A stretch of 38,398 nt of DNA from positions 1-38,398 of the forward strand of contig JAAPAO010000334.1 of assembly GCA_013115145.1 (NCBI GenBank). Reading direction: 5' to 3'. This document shows, piece after piece, positions 33,749 to 38,398 of this stretch. The notes under the pieces are model-generated. The model was not told the DNA's origin, did not search any database, and saw only the letters and a list, made by a program, of their open reading frames with translations. This DNA is from Perkinsus chesapeaki ATCC PRA-425. Its lineage: Eukaryota; Protista; Perkinsozoa. The position numbers and the translations under genes are program-made. Position 1 is the stretch's first letter. Every line of letters begins with the position of its first letter.

Positions 33749-34400
33749 CTAAGAATGAAACTGTTTGTTACTTCGGGATGTCGGACTGAGATTTCCGCCA
33801 AGCCGTTGAACCTCTGTCTGATATGCAGTCTCACAAAACAAGGGTGTGAGATTCTTCTGCATTCCACCATATGTGCGCCTCCGGGAAAACTTCCTGGACC
33901 GCTGGGACTCAAAATCCATTACGACACTGGCTACGGTCGTGAAGTCTGGCAACACAGAGCGAATATGCGTTAGCAACCTGATGTAGGCTACATCATGTAG
34001 CCCTCCTTCGTGTGATCCGACAGCAAGGCATCAAAAGCTGGGTAGAAGGTCCCACCAGGATGCATGCATAATATAGTGTATTGTTGCACCCAATACCTGG
34101 GGCATACTTTGTAAGTACCGTCCATGGGAAGTTGGGCTCTACCCGGCCTGATATAAATATGCTCCATAGCCCAACGATTGTAGTAGCAGATGATACGATG
34201 TCCATCATCCGAGCCACTATCCCACAGAAAAGCCATGTACTTGTCGCCTGTATCCGAGTCACCAAAAGCAACGTATTGAGAATCTTCAGGAATATCGAAG
34301 CCGGTTCGCTGCTCCTGAGAGGACTGGCAGCTAAATTTTCTGTAAAGGTATAGGCCCTAATGGGGAATCCCAATTTTTCTGTGTCTTACTCAAACATGTG
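33749..34400 (-). mobile_element. Degenerate Mutator-like (MULE) DDE transposase fragment
   Basis: MDGTYKVCPRYWVQQYTILC...FYPAFDALLSDHTKEGY, then VVMDFE and, in a shifted frame, VQEVFPEAHI and EVQRLG. These are MULE domain motifs broken by frameshifts. Confidence 0.8.
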
Positions 34401-35857
34401 ATTTGCCGGTGCTTTCCGTGACGTCGCTCCTGTTCATTTGAGGTCCTACGAAGGACCAGCTCTATTCGGGAATATCGTGTATATTAGGGGAAAATCAGGG
34501 AGGCCCTGGTATACACTTCAGACACGTCGCAGGCAAGGATTTATCGAGCTTCATGGAACAGTGTTCCTCTATTGCTGAATTTCGAAATATAATATAAATT
34601 TTTGATTAAATATGTGTTCAAGGAGCAAGAACAAACATGAAATACAATTCCCCCGGGAATATTTGGCGTTCCCCCATGAATTACGGGCCATAATTGATCC
34701 CCGAGTTGGCCCGAAACCCTACGAAACACTTAGAAAGTCCCCTCACTGTCTTTACTATCTGACATACTTTACTATCGCTTCTTGGCTAGCGGGTCCACTC
34801 CGGGTCAATAGGTATGATAATATAAGAACATGAAATTAATTATATAAATCTAACTATTGCTGTTTATGTGTAATACTGGCAATGTAGTTATGTATGATGA
34901 TAGGATATCATACATTATTAGTTATATTATGGTTTAGATTGATACTAAGATATATAGATAATTTAGAATATATTCTATCTTACATTATTAAGTATTAAAG
35001 CGTTGAAATATATTCATTTGTTATGATGGTACAGTAGCTAGTTTTCATATTATTTATACTAAAGTCTATCTCAGCTTGGGTCGATACATATTAGTTCACT
35101 ATATAGGATTGTTTTATTTACTATAAAATATTAGTTGATTTGAGTAAATATAATAAATCACATTACAAATTATCAATATTAGGTCTAGAATATTTATATA
35201 GGACACTATAGCGCACTATATCACTATAGTATATATATAGGCTACATCATATTATATGCTTAAAGTACTATACTAAATATACAGTATATAACTTTATATG
35301 ATGTACCAAGTATCTTTCAGATGTCTAAGGGATGTATTCGTAATATTAATGAACAATAATATTAATGTATAACATAGATTAAATATGTTGGAACTAGATG
35401 TAAAATCGATACAAATATATTAAGTATATAGTTATTATGAAGTATAGATAAACTGGAATGGAGCCTCCATTATGGAGGTACTTATAATTTGTATTCATAA
35501 CTATAGGAAATAGCAAAATTTTCTCAGCCATCGCTCCATCATCCACGGAACCTATGGCACTGATCTCACATATTAAATTTAGTTTGGTAATAACAATCTG
35601 GTATTACCACTGGTAATTTACCAGATCGGTAATATCCACCAGAGTTTGCCAGCCAGCCCCCCTTTCGTTTTTGACCATACCACATTCAGATCCGTCCAAA
35701 CTTTTTATCGGAGAAGCATTGCCAGTCACGGCAGCGTCATCGGTGATTTAGTAATGGCCGAACATTAAAACGGCAAAACTACAGTGAACCCTGAGGAAGG
35801 ATATCATATTTCAGACCACAAATCGACAATTTCAAATAAAGTTTCGCAACAGCCAAG

Positions 35858-37479
35858 CTATTTTGTGACAGTTGAGCTGTGTACCTCAACTCGTAAACGA
35901 AAACGTTTCCCCTTCTCCATCAACATTATGATAACAAACTCAAAAAGGCTTGAGTATGATTTTATAACTCGATCAATCAGCTCAGATATATCTTTTATAA
36001 CGTGAGTTGCTCCTGCAGCCCACAGCTCCTCAGGCGAGCTCAGACCAGTGCCATACACACCAACACGCCAGCCAAAACCAGCTCCAACCTAATCGGAGAT
36101 CTCCAAGGAGCTCGATTTCACTTTCCGGGCTCACTTGCATGTCCATCGGGTGATCTCCGACCATCATGGCTTCTTCGGCATTCTCACACTTCCATTTTTT
36201 CAGCAAAAAATTGCTTCCATCATTGCTCGGCTTTGGTCGTAAATTCATGTCACCTCCAACAACCCCGTCAACATCTGATTCTGATACTCCTTCCTCTTCC
36301 AGAAAATGCATAACCGCCGACACCTGACCAGCGTTCGCTCAGAGTTCAGCTTAGTAATGCGGCTTCCGCAGTGGAGGTGTGCGATTGCTTGGCCCGAAAA
36401 TACACGGGAAATTTGTCAAACTTTTCCTCCGAATTTTCATGTTTCTCTTAACGCCTGTGCGCTTATCAGAGCTTCAGGTAGGTTATAGAATATATACCGT
36501 TACCGAAGCCCTGAGAGGTATCTCTATACGGGGCTATTTCGGACGACATCTCGGCAAAACTGGCTCGTTTGTGTGCCTTTAAGGCCACTGGAGAGTCAAT
36601 GGCCCTGGGCCATGCAGAAACGGCGCACATTTCCGGTGTATTGGATTTCTCCTCTCGTGGGAGACAGTCTCAATCAAAATTAAGAAGACATAAATCTCGA
36701 GAGACAGTCTCTTGATGGCATTTATTTTCTACCCTAGCATCCCACACAGATCACTTACATCATCCAGCGACAGCACGCCGATTTTTTCAACTCCCAACCG
36801 GCGCAGATTTGAAAATAAAACTGATAAGTCGCAGGGAGTTACGAACGTCGGCTTGTAGCCCCTCAAATGGTCCATCACAGGCTCCGAAGGAATCCCAACT
36901 TCGCGGAGCTTTTTCTCGATATCGGAGTTGGTCGCTGAAGAAAGCCGTCACCACCGACTTTTCAGTTGCCTACCTGTCATGCACAGAGCATCTTCATTAA
37001 AGCGATTTGTGACAGGGTTGTATCCAAGGGCACCTTCGAGCTCACTTCTCGCCAAGCCATACCGACTTTGCATTCCATTTGCCAGCTCTTCCACGGACGG
37101 CCCATATGTTTTATTCAAGTCAAGTAGAGTGCCGTCCTTGTCGAAAATTGCGTATCGAGGTACTTTTGAAATTCTCTTCAAGGGAACTGAAGGCGGCATT
37201 GATATACAATATGGACTGAATGATACCAATTGTATAGAAGAATTGGAATGTACACTAAATAAATGAGTTCACAGTTGAATTAAATGGACAGTAAATACAT
37301 ACAAAATTAATGAGTTCACAGTTGAATTAAATGGACAGTAAATACATACAAAATTAATGACAGTTAAACATTTGCTAACAGTTAAAGTGAAGCTCTATGA
37401 TGTCAAGGGATGTCGCGAAACTCGTAAAACTCCTAGTCGATCTACGGAGTGCCTGCGTGAGTTTCCTGGCTTTGATCAT
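35858..37479 (-). CDS. HAD-superfamily hydrolase (phosphoglycolate phosphatase-like), multi-exon; termini approximate
   Basis: Motif I YAIFDKDGTLLD, motif II GVLSLDD, motif III RPKP, motif IV MMVGDHPMDM and C-terminal TGLSSPEELWAAGATHVIKDISEL; candidate ATG at 37479 after an AG acceptor. Confidence 0.85.
37262..37359. repeat. 47-nt tandem duplication in a HAD intron
   Basis: AATGAGTTCACAGTTGAATTAAATGGACAGTAAATACATACAAAATT twice. Confidence 0.9.
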
Positions 37480-38065
37480 GGTCCTAAACTTGACGGAAGT
37501 AGGTGAGCATGTATCCTTTATTACTGGTGTGAAGTCAGGTGTGAGTTGATATGGAGCAGTAAGAGCTGATCAGGCCTAGTCGGGTTTACTTTAATTAAGT
37601 TAATTCCTCCATCGCGACTGGATAGTGCATCCGTCGGGACCCCTCCGCCTATATCTCGCAAGCCAGTTGATATGTTTTGGTAGTTTTACAAATGGGTTTA
37701 TTGATCTAATCCTGGAACAGAGTCACTAGGAACACAACCGCCTTTGTAATTGATACTTAGAGACATATTGCCATGTTTGCTACACCGTTTCGGTAGATTC
37801 AAGTCTATTAATTCCATATCGTATTCCCTAGTGTTTCGAGATTGAATTTTCCAAGGTGAAGTTCCTAAACGAGACTTCTCCAGTCCAAATTAAAATAACT
37901 ATTTTTCCAACTACTAGGCGCTGAAAAGGTGTTGTAGAATGTGCAAAAGGCATACTTGCCATTTGATCCATTTAATGGACTCGTGCTCATGGGAGAGAAT
38001 ACACCAATTCAAATGAGCTATATTATGCAGGCAACATAGAACGGTTGTCAGAGGCTTACCTCACT

Positions 38066-38285
38066 TGGAGGTGAGCTATCTCTAGCAATAACAGCGCGTT
38101 CAATAAACTAGTTCGGAAACTCAGAGCTCGTTGGAATGCAATGGAGCTGGTTCCCGAAAAAGAAGGAAGTTCTGAAATAAGATCTATAAGAACTGTAGAC
38201 CTGATCGATCCACGATTAACCAGTTGCGCGTTTCGGAAGGGTGATTCTTGGATATCTTGGATATCTTGCATTTTCCTAACGCAAC
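38066..38285 (-). CDS. Probable internal exon of an unidentified gene extending beyond the window
   Basis: Open frame flanked by an acceptor (cgcag|) and donors (|gtgag, |gtaag); no family recognised. Confidence 0.35.
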
Positions 38286-38398
38286 CTGCGCAAGAATTGT
38301 GTACGGCGGCGATGTATTGGCTATAACTAGTGGAACCCGTCGCTCCGCTCCAGTGTTATATTCCCATTTGATGTAGTAGAATAATGTGTATATAGATG

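Overview
Eukaryotic, intron-rich genomic DNA with short GT-AG introns and three N gaps, each inside a minisatellite. The style suggests a flagellated alveolate, most like Perkinsus; this is inference only. Splicing the exons by hand gives these + strand genes: CCDC146-like coiled-coil axonemal protein (5' end probably outside the window), a MYST (MOF/Tip60-type) histone acetyltransferase, an RCC1-repeat protein, a small hypothetical gene, two tandem intronless nurim/MddA-like membrane methyltransferase genes (the first disrupted) and an intronless secreted-protein ORF. On the - strand are a 5-exon Cys-rich secreted-protein gene with one in-frame TAG, a GT7 beta-1,4-galactosyltransferase-like gene with a hevein-like module, a decayed MULE transposase with a Ulp1-like protease, and a HAD hydrolase. 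Two identical tRNA-Val(CAC) genes lie antisense inside introns. The most unusual signal is a set of six degenerate tRNA 3'-half relics of different isotypes. All keep the B-box, and most lie antisense within short introns or at splice sites. One 47-nt intron is made almost entirely of such a relic, and several donor GT sites coincide with the tRNA 3' end or Pol III terminator. This suggests tRNA-gene-derived introns or B-box-only elements.
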